A DNA stretch of 64,000 bases from Camelus ferus (GCF_009834535.1 NC_045697.1:72914001-72978000), one strand, 5' to 3'. Shown: positions 40,444-54,260, counted from the stretch's first letter. A program made the numbers and translations. Notes: generated by a model not told the origin, from the sequence alone.

Positions 40444-41437
40444 CTGAAAGAAGAACTATTACTTCACCTTCAGGCTTATATAGCCAACTGTCCAAATGTT
40501 TTCATTCAGAAGCTTGAAGTACACCCAGGCCCAGCCTTATTCCAAATCTGTGCACATTATATTCCAGAGAAAACCCCTGTCTCCTGTGTTCCCAGTTTGA
40601 GTCGATGATGCTTCTATCCATAGTCATCCAAGCCAGAAACATGAGTGGTCTCCCTTGCTGGCTTCTCCATCCAACAAGATACTGTTCATTGATCAATACT
40701 TTCAGTATGGCCTATCCTAATGTGGCAGTTACACAGCTCTGATTGCTAAAGAAAACTTGCAGAACCCAAAGGGGCAGTGCTGACAAAGCTCCAGTTCACT
40801 GTAGGAAAGAGGTACACGTTAGTCACAGCATTAAAATAAGTAAATGCATCACAGCCAAAGGCTGCCTCGTAGTAGAGTACCTGAGGAGGCCAAAAGTGAG
40901 CTCCAGCTGTCCGTCCTCTGTCAGGGCCATCCTGTGACACTTTCTTCTTGAACTGGAAAGCACCAGTGTGTGAATGGAGCTCCTCAAAATAAGGGGACCT
41001 AAAATTTAGTCCCCGTCAGTGTTCCTTACACCCTGCTGGTCACATAGGCATATTCTTGATACAAAATGCAGGGATCTTACCAAGACCAGGAGCAAATCAC
41101 AAATCTCACTGTTTAGAATCCGGTGCAAACGACTCTGAAACCTCAAAGACCTATGGCTACCAAGTGACACTATTAATCAGTTTGTCAACTGCTGACTAGG
41201 GAGTCAGTGCCACGCAGGTACATTTATAATTTTTACTGAACTGAGAATAGGTTCAGGCCTGCTGGAATTAACCCTCAAATTTCAAGACCCCATCTCCTAT
41301 CAAATAAAGTTCAAATTTCTTAATATGTTATCAAGATCCACTGTGACTGGTCTCTGTCAGTCTCACAACATTCATTCTTATAATCTGTGCTGTCAACAGT
41401 GGATTGCCTGCTGTCCTTTGTGTGTGCAGTGCTTCAG

Positions 41438-41972
41438 TGTAAGCCCTGCAGCTGGTTTTTCTTTTTTGTAACACAAGTGCCTGACTTAAGCTTTGATTGC
41501 CTGGGCATACACTTCAAAGAAGGCTATCTTAAATAAACACATTGCCAGCCACACAACTAGGTAAAGCACCAGGCCGCTCACCAACCACCTCCCTCCTTTG
41601 TTTTAGAGATCTTAGTTGATTTGGATAATTGACCGTTTGGGGGCTGCTATTTTTTTCCTTCTCACTCTTTAAATTCATGCTTTTATGTTTTAAATTCACC
41701 AATACAGAGTGAGCCCAAGAAACCCCAGGCCCCTACCCTCGACCCCAATAGAAGCAGAACCCCAGGCCCGTTTTCTCTCTTCCCACCTCCCTCAGTGACC
41801 TTGCTGTGTGGCCCCAGGTGTGCCATGCCATTTCCAGGACTTATAACTCTTTATTTTTTTTAAGTTTCCTGATGACTATTGCTGAAGATGTCTTGAAATC
41901 ATAATAAGAACCACAAGGGCCAGTATAGCTATAACATTGGAAGTTGATAGGCTGAAACTGGCACTCAAAACA
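41438..41972 (+). mobile_element. ERV LTR (3' boundary uncertain)
   Basis: TGTAAG start, ccaat boxes, GC-rich core; possible CA ends at 41936 or 41972. Confidence 0.65.
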
Positions 41973-42229
41973 AAATGCTGTTTCATAAATCTATGCTCAG
42001 AGTCTCTCCTAGTGTCCACCAAGATAAGGAGCAGTGCATCTTCTGCCCTTTGTCCCCAGGGAAAAAAAAATCCCATTGTTTTTTGTATTTCCAGGGCAAT
42101 ACATGCTATATTTGGATTTGCTTCTCTAGAACATTTAATATGTAGCTCAGATCTTACAGCTAAGAATTTGGCTCATCTTTTGCAATAGGCTGTGATTTAA
42201 GCAGTCCGTAATTTGGCTTTTATATAACA

Positions 42230-42960
42230 GCAGTATCTGTGATAGGTAACATTGCAAAGAGCCTATGGCAAGCCCTGCTTGGAGATAGGAGACACATTAT
42301 AGATTTTGAGGTTTTTGGGAAAACAGTCTTGTGCAACTTTAAACATAATACTTTTTCTTGGAGAAATTACTCCTGGCTAGATGATAACTTTCGAAAGAGA
42401 CTGAATCTTATCTTAAAACACCAAGTAGTAACTATGCAACTAAAACCACCCAGTATCAACTGGATATGACTTCATCCTCCTAGACAGAAAGTCAGGCAAA
42501 CCTGAAGCGTGATCATGTATCAGAGCGAGCCTGCATGGACCCTGCATATTGCATGAGGTGCTTGCTCAGAGTCCCAGCATGCCTAATCCTATTCACGTCA
42601 TCGCTTCTTCGACCAACATGTATGACCTCATGGAATGACCTCTAAAACAACTTAGTGTGAAGAAAATTACAACCTGATTTTTAGATGGTTCTGCATGGTA
42701 TGATGTTGATAGTCAGAAATACTATAGAGAAATTCTCCCACAAAGAAGACCATTATCTTGTCCACTTTGCATGAGGTAGATGGACACAGATAAGGATCTT
42801 CCAGGTTCATGGTTGCAGACCTTAAAGTCAAAACGTGCAAAATTGAAAGAAGGGAATATTTGCGACAACATCTAGTAAAGAAATGTGTGGGAAAACCATT
42901 TGGAATAAGCCCAGAGCATAAAAATAATTGTGTTCAATGTGAATGCTTATCAACAGGATA
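42230..42960 (+). mobile_element. ERVL internal relic (pol connection/RNase H region)
   Basis: Translates in pieces to HQVVTMQLKPPSINW, LDGSAWY and MWENHLE*AQSIKIIVFNVNAYQ, matching ERVL motifs HQVTMRPELPIMNW, TDGSARY and KIFVSHVNAHQ as I recall them. Confidence 0.8.
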
Positions 42961-44511
42961 ACAGAGAAGAATGGAAAGAACAAATAACTCTCTTGTTAAA
43001 TAAATCAGCCTTTTGTGTTGGATACTGCCCGTTGTCAGATGGAATCTCTTCTCAATCCCTTCAGTATTTTCTCTTATCACAAGAATTAGAAAGACAAAAT
43101 TACACTTTTCAGAATACATAGAACTTAAGATTGTGAATGAAAGTTTGGTCCTTCCAGGGAGATGCAGATCTGTGATATTCCGAAGAAGGAAGTGAGGTAG
43201 AAGCCGTCTTCCGATAGTGATGTGGTTGACAAGAGAGTCTTCACAAACAGGTAACTTTGTGGTGGTGAAGCTCCATGTCCCAATGTTTAGTCAATAACTT
43301 CATGGATGTGGCATTTGTATTGGAGCAGCAGAGGTAGAAATTGTAGCACTTCCAGGCTGCAGGCACAGCGGTTATAGCCCTGGATCCAGCAGTCCAGTTA
43401 GTGTGCCTGACTTCGATGACTCGGTTTCTTTCAATGACTTTGTAAGCATCTATTTTCCTGTTTTAGGTCCTTTTCTCCCTGTGATACCTAACGTCATTTC
43501 TTTTTCCTGCACAGATTACTCACACGTGCACATTCTTTCCCACCTTCTCACGACGTGTTCAATATTGTTCTTGTGAAGCAGGTAGCCAAAATTTCAGGGA
43601 TAGAATTAAATGTGTGCTCCACATTGAGTCTCCTTCCTTTCACCAAGGTTTCTGCAGCTCCCTCCACTATTCAGAGCCCAGTGCTCGGTGGCAATAGCTC
43701 ACCCTTAGACCGCAAACAGTTCCCTTGTGCAGAGCAGGCAGCCACCTGACAGCGTTATATTCCTTTCTATGTGGATGGCCAGAAGTCGTCTTTACATGAG
43801 GATAAAAGTAATTCTCAGTTTGATTTCCTTTCCTGTTCCTCATGTTCTTCCTGTATCATCATGCCATTTCCCCCTCACTTTTATCAGACACTTGAAAATC
43901 TTCACAAATTGCATCATTCATATGATATATGCATCTTTTTTTTGTTACTTCTATTGCTATTTACTTGTTCACCTATTATTCACTACATCTTTTCATAGTT
44001 TCTCAATGAATGAGCTCTTCTGGGTTTGTGTGCGTGTGTGTTCATGCATTGTGAGTGTGTGTGAGAGGGAGACAGAGAGAGTCAGAAGTATGATGGGGAT
44101 CACTCAAACAGAATGAAAAACACACAGACTATGATTTCTTCTTTCAAATAACTTATGGTCTAATAGGATCTAGAAAGCACACACACACAGGCACACCAAA
44201 AAGAGATCATCCTCTGAAAGAATATTAATCATATTGTGAATAATTGGAAAAGTAAAGAATGAAATAAATACAGGAGTGAAAAATTTAATCTAATTGGATA
44301 ATCCAGTTCTTTTGGAATTCTTTTTTCCCATTAGAAGAAAGTTAGGGGAAAATTGGCATGGATGCATATATACAGAGACATTAACCTCTGAACTCTAAAC
44401 TCTTTCCTAATATTCAAATTTCATCACTCTTTTAGTGTAAAAGAGAACCACAAATAAAAGACAATTTCAGTCAAAAACTTTGCCATCCCAATTCATTGTG
44501 ACTATACTTAC

Positions 44512-45132
44512 CTCAATAACAACATAATTGAACCAAAAAATAGAACTCATCCACTTTGGTATTATTTTCTTTTGAATTAATTGTTTTAATAGAGTATAAT
44601 TATGGTAATCAAAATCCAGAATGAAATTATAGTGATTTAAAATTTCTGCAGAGATAGGCATTTATATAGTCATGCCAATCTGGGGATGCATAGCATTGTT
44701 TCTAATTGCAAGAGCCACAATTAGTGCTATTTTGCAAAAAAAATGGCTGATGGTGCCTTAGCACACCCTGCTATTTTGTCATTCTATTCTTCAGCTTTGC
44801 TCTATAATTTTTATTACCTTAAGTCTCTATGATGATAAAAATTAATCTTTCAAAAAATCTATAAAATATTTGGTAAGGAATTAAATAAACGTAATTATTT
44901 TAGAGGAGGACAAACACTTTTGTGAAAACTTTTTCAAGTATTGTACAGTATCTCCTTCCAGGAAGAATAGCAGACAGATTGTCTTCCAGGTATAATAATG
45001 ATAATACTGCTCTCCTGCACTTCACTGAACCAGAGAGTGGCATGAATATTGTCAGCAATATCATGTCAAAAAGAGTTTTGTATTATTTTAATGGAAAAAA
45101 TACATATTCAGAGGCTAGCTTTGGACAAATTT
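44512..45132 (-). pseudogene. Three exon remnants: 45104-45132 (29 nt), 44947-45024 (78 nt, KCRRAVLSLLYLEDNLSAILPGRRY), 44512-44568 (57 nt)
   Basis: Acceptors ttatcttttaaaag, ctctggttcag, attcaaaag; donors gtattt, gtacaa, GAG|gtaagt; 79-nt intron between the first two. Confidence 0.5.
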
Positions 45133-45649
45133 CTTTTAAAAGATAAGGAGGAAAAAGAAAATACATCCCATTAAGTGCTCTATATGCCACATTAAAAGCA
45201 CAGATTTCCCTTCCTTTCTATACTAAAACTGTGTGTTGAGATGGACTCCAAAAACATGATCCCTTTCCTTTTGCGGAGAAGATGTATTAGTATAACTTGA
45301 ACCATTACTGAGTGGACTAAACTTTTGTTTAGGGCATTTATTTTAAATCTGGGGATGGGTATATCTAACAATTTATTTCTTAGTTTTCAGTAAATTTAGT
45401 AAATTATTTTGTTACTACTGCTGTTGCAAGTTGATCCGAAAATCTTTTAGAATAAGAAAATATAAGTGATTCAATAAATAAAAAATAAATGAATATCTAT
45501 AACATTCTCCAAATTGTGGGGAGTACAATTGGGCCCTGTGAAGTGATGCATTTCAGTTTTTTAATTGAATATATTTAATGTAATATACTTAATGAATATA
45601 TTTAATGTAATAACATTGTATAAGTTTAAGGTATACAACATGTTAGTAT

Positions 45650-46975
45650 TAATGAAACAACAGTTTGTAAGTCCACTTTTTGTTTTCTACATGATTTAAG
45701 AAACTAATATTTTTAAAAATAATTATTAGTCTAATAGTATTATTATAACTTTGGTTTGTAACTCTACATTAATTATTCTACATAATTTAGGAGACTAATT
45801 AATGCACTTAAAATAATTATGTTTTGGAGCATACAATGTATAAAGTTGTAATTTTGTGACATCATCAACCAAAAGGAGTGGGGATGAAAATTCAGAGGAT
45901 TAGAGATTTTGTTTATTATTGAAGTTACACTGGTATAAATTCAAATTAGAATTTTATAACGTTACAATGTTAAATATAACCCTCATGATAATCACAAAGA
46001 AAATAGTTATAGCATATACAAAAAAGGAAATGAGAAAGGAATTTAAATATTGCATAAATATTTAAATAATTCATATAGATTGAAAGTGAAAGGATGCAAA
46101 ATGATATTCTATTCAAATATTAACAAAAGGAGAGAAAGGGTGGCTATACTAATATGAGCCAAAATAAACTTCAAAAGGAGTACAAGTAACAAAAAAGGAT
46201 ATTATATCTTAATAAAAGTTTCAAAATGGCAAGAGGATGTAACATTTATAAACATTTTGCACCTGATGACAGATCATTAAGATATATGAAACAAAAATTG
46301 ACAGAATTAAAGGGAGAAATAGTTAGTTCTAAAAAAATAATTTCAGACTTCAATACCGTACTCACAACCAGTGTGGAAAACAATATGGCAGTTTCTCACA
46401 AAATTAAATACAAAATTATCATATAGCCAGCAATTCTATTGCCAGATGTGTACCCAAAAGAATTGAAAACAGAATCTTGAAAAGATATTTGTACACTCGT
46501 ATTTATAGCAACATTATTCACAATAGCTAAAATGTGGAAGCATTCAAAGTGTCCATCTACTGACGAATAGATAAGCAAAATGTTATATATATATGAATGC
46601 TATTCAGCCTTAAAAAGGAAGGAAATTCAGACATATGTTATCACAAGGATGAAGCTTGAGGATATTATGCCAAGTGAAATAAACCAGTCACAAAAAGACA
46701 AATACTATAAGATTCCACTTATATGAAATACTTTGAGTAGTCCTAACCCTAGAGACAAAAAGTAGAATGGTGGCTGCCAAAGGCTGTGGGAGGAAATGGG
46801 GAGTTATTGTTTAATGAGTGGGAAGTTTCAGTTTTACAAGATAAAAAGAGATATGGAGATGGATGGTGGTGGTAATTGTACAATGTTATGAATGTATTTA
46901 ATACTGCTGATCTATACACCTAAAAATGATTAAGCTTATAAATTTTAGTTATATGCATTTACCACAAAAATTGAA
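45650..46975 (+). mobile_element. L1MB-type element: inter-ORF/endonuclease piece joined to the 3' end
   Basis: ttgaaagtgaaaggatg...gggtggctatactaat...gacttcaatacc (endonuclease), then at ~46366 gtgtggaaaacaatatggcag...3'UTR. Confidence 0.88.
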
Positions 46976-47032
46976 AAACTTTAACTAAATAATAATAATA
47001 ATTAAAAGAAGTGATATCTCATAAAATTTTTT

Positions 47033-47148
47033 GGGGGGGGTAGGTAATCAGCTTTATTTATTCATTTTTAATGGAGGTACTGGGGATTGAACCCAGGACC
47101 TTGTGCATGCTAAGTACACACTCTACCACTGAGCTATACCCTCCCCCC
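47033..47148 (-). mobile_element. tRNA-derived SINE (vic-1-like)
   Basis: ggaggtactggggattgaacccaggaccttgtgcatgctaag...actgagctataccctcccc; TSD cataaMatttttt. Confidence 0.93.
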
Positions 47149-47309
47149 TCCATAACATTTTTTTGTATTCAGTTCACTTGAATTAAGTCACTAGATCCTC
47201 CCTTTATTTAAGGGGTAGGGGGGAATACCAAGAGATGAGGATTACTAGGGGCAACTTTGGATTCAGCCTAGTACACTCTGTCTTTGGGTTACGTAACAGA
47301 TGACCACAC

Positions 47310-48622
47310 AGTCTTTGTGGAACATGTGTTTTAGTTCCTCTCTCAACAGTGTGATAGTAAAATAAATAGACCATGAGTTGAAAGAATGGCAACAAATACA
47401 ATGAGATTGTACAGAATTGGCTATTGGACCAACCAAGTTGAGTTCTTGTTCTTCCCTGTGTTCCCTTTCAGTTGATTATCTGTCTAATACCAAAATATAG
47501 CCTTTTATATTGAAATCTTTAGCAGTAAGTACATAAATAAACTTAAGTCAAATGAAAGGTTGAAAACTGAAATTCACTTTCAAATCCTGTTTCACATTGA
47601 AAGTACTTAAAAATCTCCATTATGTTTGGGTTTTTTTAAATAGTAAATTCAGTTAACTGTGTAAGACTGTTTTTATGTATAGAATTAGCTGACACATGTT
47701 AAATTATTTTAAGGAAAACATTTGTAGATATATACATGTATCTGAAAGTTACCTTTTCTCTCATTCTCTATTTCAAATTACATAATTTTGGGTCGTCTTA
47801 ACAATTCACTAAGAAGGATTCTTTTAATTTACATATAGTCATTCATATAGTGTAAGCCAAGTCAGTCTTCTAGAGTTTAATACATTTAAAAAGTGTAATA
47901 TATTAAAACTGTGCTGGGAAATATTATTGTAAATATCCCTTTTATATTTCCTAGTATTATATAGTTCACCACATGTATCTAACCCATTAAATCTTAGTAG
48001 TTCATAATTAAGACACTGGAAACAACAGTGCTTATGAAAAAAATGTATATTTTAGTGACCTCTGAAGAAGTACATGTTTTGGTTACCTTTCTAAAATATT
48101 GAAGGATATATATCCACTCAAAAAATATTGCTTCTAGGAGTCCATAAATATGATATAAATCAATTTAGAGAGTCAGGAAACACTAATGTTAACTCAATCC
48201 AAAGAGTTAAGAAACACTAAACAGTATTTACTAATCATGTTTCTGTAAAGCAGTAGACAAGTGAAATTACTGCAACTATTGCTTTCATAAGATTTTCTTA
48301 TGATTGTTATACACTTTAAAAGAAAAAACCTTCCCAAAAGAAATATTGATCAATTCATAATTCTTATTGCTAATTATTAAAATGTATGAAAATAGTACTT
48401 TCCCTTTGAATCAATATATTGAATAAATAGCAGGCTTTGACTTTATCATATTCAGGGATTTCAGGAGAATATTTTAAAAATCAGAAACCACCATAACATA
48501 CCCTCACAGTCATTTATCTCACCTAGAACTCCAGAAAGTCCATTGTAATGGAATGTACACTGAACCAAATCATACTGTGCCTGACCTTGACGCCTACATT
48601 ATCTGAATCCAGAATTATTCAC
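47310..48622 (-). pseudogene. Cluster of exon remnants: 48523-48622, 48087-48133, 47753-47808, 47434-47483, 47310-47348
   Basis: Donors gtgaga, gtaacc, gtaact, gttggt, gtgtgg. The middle three chain in phase (0>2>1>0) as KQYFLSGYISFNILESELLRRPKIM*FEIENERKDR*STEREHREEQELNL. The last has an AC acceptor after an 85-nt intron. Confidence 0.5.
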
Positions 48623-48751
48623 CTGTGAGGCTAAGTTAGATAAAATATTACATTTAAACTTGGATGAGAAAGTGATTTATAAAAGATCACTTGAGTAGTA
48701 CATATGGGAAAAGTAAGTGAGAAAATGGTGTTATTTAAGCACTCATAGATG

Positions 48752-49385
48752 TGTTACCAAACTGAACTTGCGTCTGCTCACATGAGCACAGTAAAGCCAA
48801 TCTACTGACACTGGGTTGTGGTGTAGGAAAGTGCAATATTTATTGCAGGGTGCCAAGCAAGGAGTGCAGGTAGCTAATGCTCAAAAGACCCAAACTCCCA
48901 TGGCTTTTAGGGAAAGGTTTTTGAAGACAGGGAAAGGAAGAATGTTGTGGGATGTGTGATCAGCTCATGGTCATTCTTCTGACTGGTTAGTGGTGAGGTA
49001 ATCAGGAGTCAACATCATCAGCCTTCTGGTTCCAATCGGTCTAGAGTCTACATGCTGTGGGAAACAGACAGTTAACTTCTTCCACATGGTGGAGGTGACA
49101 GTATCTAAAAAACAGCTCGAGGGATTTGGCTCAGAAGGTTATCTACAGTACTTGAGAAGGAACTGAAGGCCCTCGACCTTGTTTAATGGCTAGAGTATTA
49201 TTATTTTGTCTTACTGGCTGCTTTCCTTTGTTTCCACATTTTCTTCTCTGATTAAATTTATCCGTTGGAACTCAGCGAAGGCCTAGGAGGCTAAATTTTT
49301 TCAACAAATAAGAGGCAGGCAGAGGACATGGTGGGGAGTGGGAGGTTTGTTTTGGGAAGGCCCCATAGGATCCTGCTCGGTTACA
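48752..49385 (-). mobile_element. ERV1-type solo LTR (possibly MER41-related)
   Basis: TGTTAC...GTTACA termini; 4-bp TSD gatg at 48748-48751 and 49386-49389; tttatt near the left end. Confidence 0.88.
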
Positions 49386-49671
49386 GATGCATACATAGAA
49401 CAAACATTCAGTACACAACTATTCTGTGCTGGGAGCTATGAAGGATGAAAACAGTATCAGCCTCCAGAAATTAACTGAAAATATAACTGCAAAACATCAT
49501 TTATAAGACAAAAGGTGTGTATTTTATTTACAAAAAGTCATACTAATTAAGATATTCTTTGCTGAATTTAAAACAATATTTTGACTAATGGTGTCCTAGA
49601 TTTTCTGGGTAAATGCAGTTATTTATCTTTTGTTCATATACCCACATGGCTAACCTTCTCTTTGCCAAGTG

Positions 49672-50379
49672 TTTTTTATTTAGTTATTTATTTAGTTATT
49701 TATTATTTTTTTAACTTTTTTATTGAGTTATAATCATTTTATAATGTTGTGTCAAATTCCAGTGTAGAGCACAATTTTTCAGTTATACATGAACATATAT
49801 ATATATATTCATTGTCACATTTTTTTTTTTTTTGCTGTGAGCTACCATAAGATCTTGTATGTATTTCCCTGTGCTATACAGTATAATCTTGTCTATCTAT
49901 TCCACATTTTGAAATCCCAGTCTGTCCCTTCCCACCCCTCGCCCCCTTGGCAACCACAAGTTTGTATTCTATGTCTATGAGTCTGTTTCTGTTTTGTATT
50001 TATTTATTTATTTATTCATTTATTTATTTTTTATATTCCACATATGAACGACCTCATATGGTATTTTTCTTTCTCTTTCTGGCTTACTTCACTTAGAATG
50101 ACATTCTCCAGGAACATCTATGTTGCTACGATGGCATTATGTTGTCGGTTTTTATGGCTGAATAGTATTCCATTGTATAAATATACCACCTCTTCTTTAT
50201 CCAGTCATCTGTTGATGGACATTTAGGCTGTTCCCATGTCTTGGCTATTGTAAACAGTGCTTCTATGAACACTGGGGTGCAGGTGTCATTTTGAAGTAGG
50301 GTTCCTTCTGGATACTCCTGGGTTCCCAGGAGTGGGATTCCTGGGTCATATAGTAAGTCTATTCCTAGTTTTTTGAGGA
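49672..50379 (-). mobile_element. Young 5'-truncated LINE-1, same subfamily as 32441-33740
   Basis: [40 protein letters not shown]-rich tail; ccaagt on both flanks. Confidence 0.96.
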
Positions 50380-52689
50380 TCCAAGTCCTTTTTTTAAATG
50401 ACATTTTCTTAATTAGCCCATCCTGATGACTCCATTTAAAAGTGTAACCAGCCCCACCCCCACCATTCAACCGACTTCATCCTTCCTTGCTACAGTTTTC
50501 TCTTTTTCCATTATATTTGTTATCATGTAGAATGCTATTCAATTTACTTATCATTTGTTTATATTCTATAACTGCTGTAAGAATGTAAGCTTTGTGAGGG
50601 CAGAAGCTGTTTAAAATTTTTTTCCTGTTGTTTCTATTTTATTCACCAATACATCCAGACCAATCTGCTGCCTAAAAATGTTCACTCTTAACTTTGTAAT
50701 TAGTTTTAAAATACAAACTTGTTGACATGACAGGAAAGATTCTAGTCTACCTTTCTACTCTCTGACACTTTCCACTCCATTTTACTATCATCTTATTGCT
50801 GCAAACTGGTCTGCTAGTGAACTACTCAAGCTTGTACCTTGTCTCCTACTTTCTTGAGGACCAGGTAATGTTAACGTAGAACCTTTTAATTTTCATGATA
50901 GCACCTGTACTATAATATCATAACTTGTTTTTATTAGTGCCTTTCAGAAATGAGACTCTAAATAATAGTGCATTCTCCATAATTACTTGCTTAATAAATA
51001 TCTTGGAAACAAACTGAGGACACAAAAGCTAATAGGCTCGATCTACAAACCATGCTAGAATCATCACAAAGAGAAAATGATGCCTTCAATTTCCAATTGG
51101 ATTATGGACTCATTACCTGAATTTCTCCTACCATAATCATACATCTGCTCTGACACATTATTTCTACTGAAACATACATGTTTATGAGTTTTCTTCCCCC
51201 TAGAGTGATGCTCTATTTCTGTTTTGTTCCTAGTAGACTGTAGAGTACCACAGAATAGTTAAGAAATCTGTCTTTGGAATCAGAGGCCCTAAATTTGAAT
51301 CTACTACTTATTAGCTCATTTTGTTACGCCACTGCTTCCTCACTCCTTAAAATAATAGTCCTTAAAATACAGACTTGATATGAAGATTAAGTGAGTTATT
51401 GCCAGATAAATTACCAGGAACTTATGAAGCATCAGTGACTACCAGTAATCTTACCATTATTGTTAGAATGAGAGTTCCTTAAAGGCAGAAACAAGGTCAT
51501 ATTTTGAGGGCATCCATTGTGCATGCATCAGTGCCTATCTCCCAATAGAATAAATATTCTAAAATGTACCTGGTTTAGATTATCTCAGTTTTTAGCTGAA
51601 ATTAAAAAAAAAAAAATGTGTGTCTGTGCCTGTGAGTATGTGTGGTTGGGTGGGTGGTGTGTGTGTAAACATCTTACCTTAAACTACCCTGGCAAAATTA
51701 AGCATCCAACAGCAGTCTATTCAAAATCAGGATCATTTAATATTTTATAGGGAAAGCTAATAATTCTGAAATGAAAAGTATGTGGGTGATTACATATATA
51801 ATGGTAGTGACACCTTCTGATGCTTAGCTTGGCTGTTTTTGGGTTCTAAGCTTCGCTTGTTTATTCAGGGAATAGACTAAAGGTTCATTGTCAAAACAGA
51901 ATTCAGATAAATAGGATATGAGTCACAGAAACCTGGTTTTAGCCATTTGTTACAGTGACTGTTGTTATTCTTTTCACGTGAGTCTTGGGATAACGCAGGG
52001 GTCAAGGAACATTTGTCAGGACTCTATTTCACTCAAGGTTGTGAAAGGTAGTGCACATTTGTTATTTAGTAGCACAGATCCATCCACTCATTATTTTAGC
52101 ATCAGTACTTTAATTTGTTGTGGGGAAAGTATCCAAGGTACTTCCAATGAAACTTATTCTATCCCCAATTCTAATTGTGAAACTTATGACCTCTGCTGAG
52201 TTACTCAGTCTGTCTTCTGCTGACCAAGATAGCTTGATAGATGAAGGACATGGCCCAAGTCAACCAATCAAGCCACTGTAATTCAATTCTAGAGCTTTTC
52301 CTTGAGTTATCAGGGAAAGAAGACTCTTACTGGACGATGTAGACAAGAGAAGATGTACCGGACGAAATGTGACAATTATTCTGTAAATAATACAGGCTTG
52401 AGAATAGAGCCCACTTTAGGGATGCAGTTTAGAAAGATTAGAGATGGCACATTCACTTCATGTTTACATAATTTGAGACCTGTATCAATTCATAATTAAG
52501 ATTAATATACATTGTACTTTTCAGTTTTAAACTAACAAATACGTTTTTCTTTAAGTAAATTTCACCCAGGCCTTTTGCTGTTTGTAACAAAAAATATACT
52601 GATACTTGGTTGTTATTGTGCTTCTCTTTAATCTTTAACTCTTTAATTTAACTTAATTTTACTTTAATTTAACTCTTTAATCTTGCTTT

Positions 52690-52930
52690 TTTAAATTGAA
52701 GCATAGTCAGTTTACAGTGTTGTGTCAATTTCTGGTGTGCAGCATAATGTTTCAGTCATTCATGAACATATATATATATTCCTCTTCATATTCTTTTATA
52801 TTACAGGTTACTACAAGATACTGAATATAGTTCCCTGTGCTATACAGAAGAAACTTGTTGTTTATCTATCTTATATATAGTAGTTAGTGTCTGCAAATCT
52901 CAAACTCCCAATTTATACCTTCTCATCCCC
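52690..52930 (-). mobile_element. LINE-1 3'UTR fragment
   Basis: Same text as 1240-1460; TSD taatcKtgcttt at 52678-52689 and 52931-52942. Confidence 0.9.
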
Positions 52931-54260
52931 TAATCGTGCTTTAATGAAACAAAGTTGAGTAATACTATAAATCAACTAGTCTTGCTGCCAGATTATTGCC
53001 TGCTTTTGCCTGCATTTGGTAAATATGCCAACACTTACTCTCCATTCCTATCTGCTAAAGCAAAATAACAAAAATATAACAAAGAAATGTCCTATACAAC
53101 GCTTACTGATGTTCATATCATTATCAATTCAGTCTGTGTCATATAAAAATAGATTTCATTTCCTCTGAAACAAGAAGATAGTCTTTTTTTTCTCTCTAAA
53201 GGAAAAGTTACATCTTTCTTTTATTCACTTCTACTTTTATTTCACTTTAAGTTTTATGATCCTATGGGAAATTTTTTTCACCGTTTATCAGTTAATAACT
53301 AGTTAGGCTTTTGAGAGTTTATAGATAAAAAAATGCAGTGTTAGTGTATGAGATTGCCAACAGAAAACACATTTTCACTTTTGGTATCTGTTCTTTTCAC
53401 TTAGTCTCTCTTTCTGTGTATTTGTATAGCTGTGTCTAGAGACTCAAGCTCATTACAAAGTTGATATCATGAGCTGGATCTTCTAAGGAGCATAGAGATC
53501 AATATGTTTTAAGCTTCTTTTCTTATCATTAGACTACTGGATAGTTTATCATTCTGAATTATGTTAAAATTAATATTTATGGGTACAATTCTGATTGTTA
53601 TTATTATCAAGTTATGCAAAATATAAGACTATCATGTAGCCTTATTTTGATCAATTATTTTTTACAAGACAAAACACATTGGTCTTAATATTTGAATATA
53701 TTAGAAACATTTAAAATACTTTAAAATCCTTATACTTTCTAAGAGTCTTCTCAAGACTTACACTTATCACTGCAAATATTAATATTCAAAATCCCTGCTT
53801 TTGTTAAAATCAGGAACATTTGATAATTATTCAAAATTAAATTTTTTGTAGGCCTTTACACAGCCATTTTTAAGGGTACATTTATTTCCTAAGAATTTTA
53901 TGATAATACATTTTTTTCTGGAACAGTATTACTTATCGTGTTCTAGTATGTCTTGCCTAATTACTGAAGCTCCAAAATCAAATAAATCAAATACTCTGGT
54001 GATTATGCCTATCCTCAAATAACCTCAGTATCTCCCATAGCTTTTAAATTATGAATTTTAATTTTGTTTCATAGTTTTACTTTTAAGGTTTTCTACAGGG
54101 AGAGGGTACTTAGTAGAAAAATGTTTGAAACAGAAAAAAAAGAATAAAAACAAAGTCACTATGAACATCTCAAGAGAAGCTCACAAAAGGAAGACTGAAA
54201 GTGACCTCACCAGGCTGGTGTTTCTTTTTCCCTTAAACGCTACAAGATGACTACCAAATG

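Noticed and set aside
44947..45132. LRR-like pattern LSLLYLEDNLSAILP
   Set aside because: Single imperfect unit with no neighbouring repeats; not enough to call an LRR gene
50837..51167. Two exon-like minus-strand segments that would add a C2-domain-like peptide (MIMVGEIQ / FYVNITWSSRK)
   Set aside because: The sequence reads like an L2 relic (ttttcatgatagcacctgtac...) and the join needs a frameshift; this also shows that exon calls made by eye can be false
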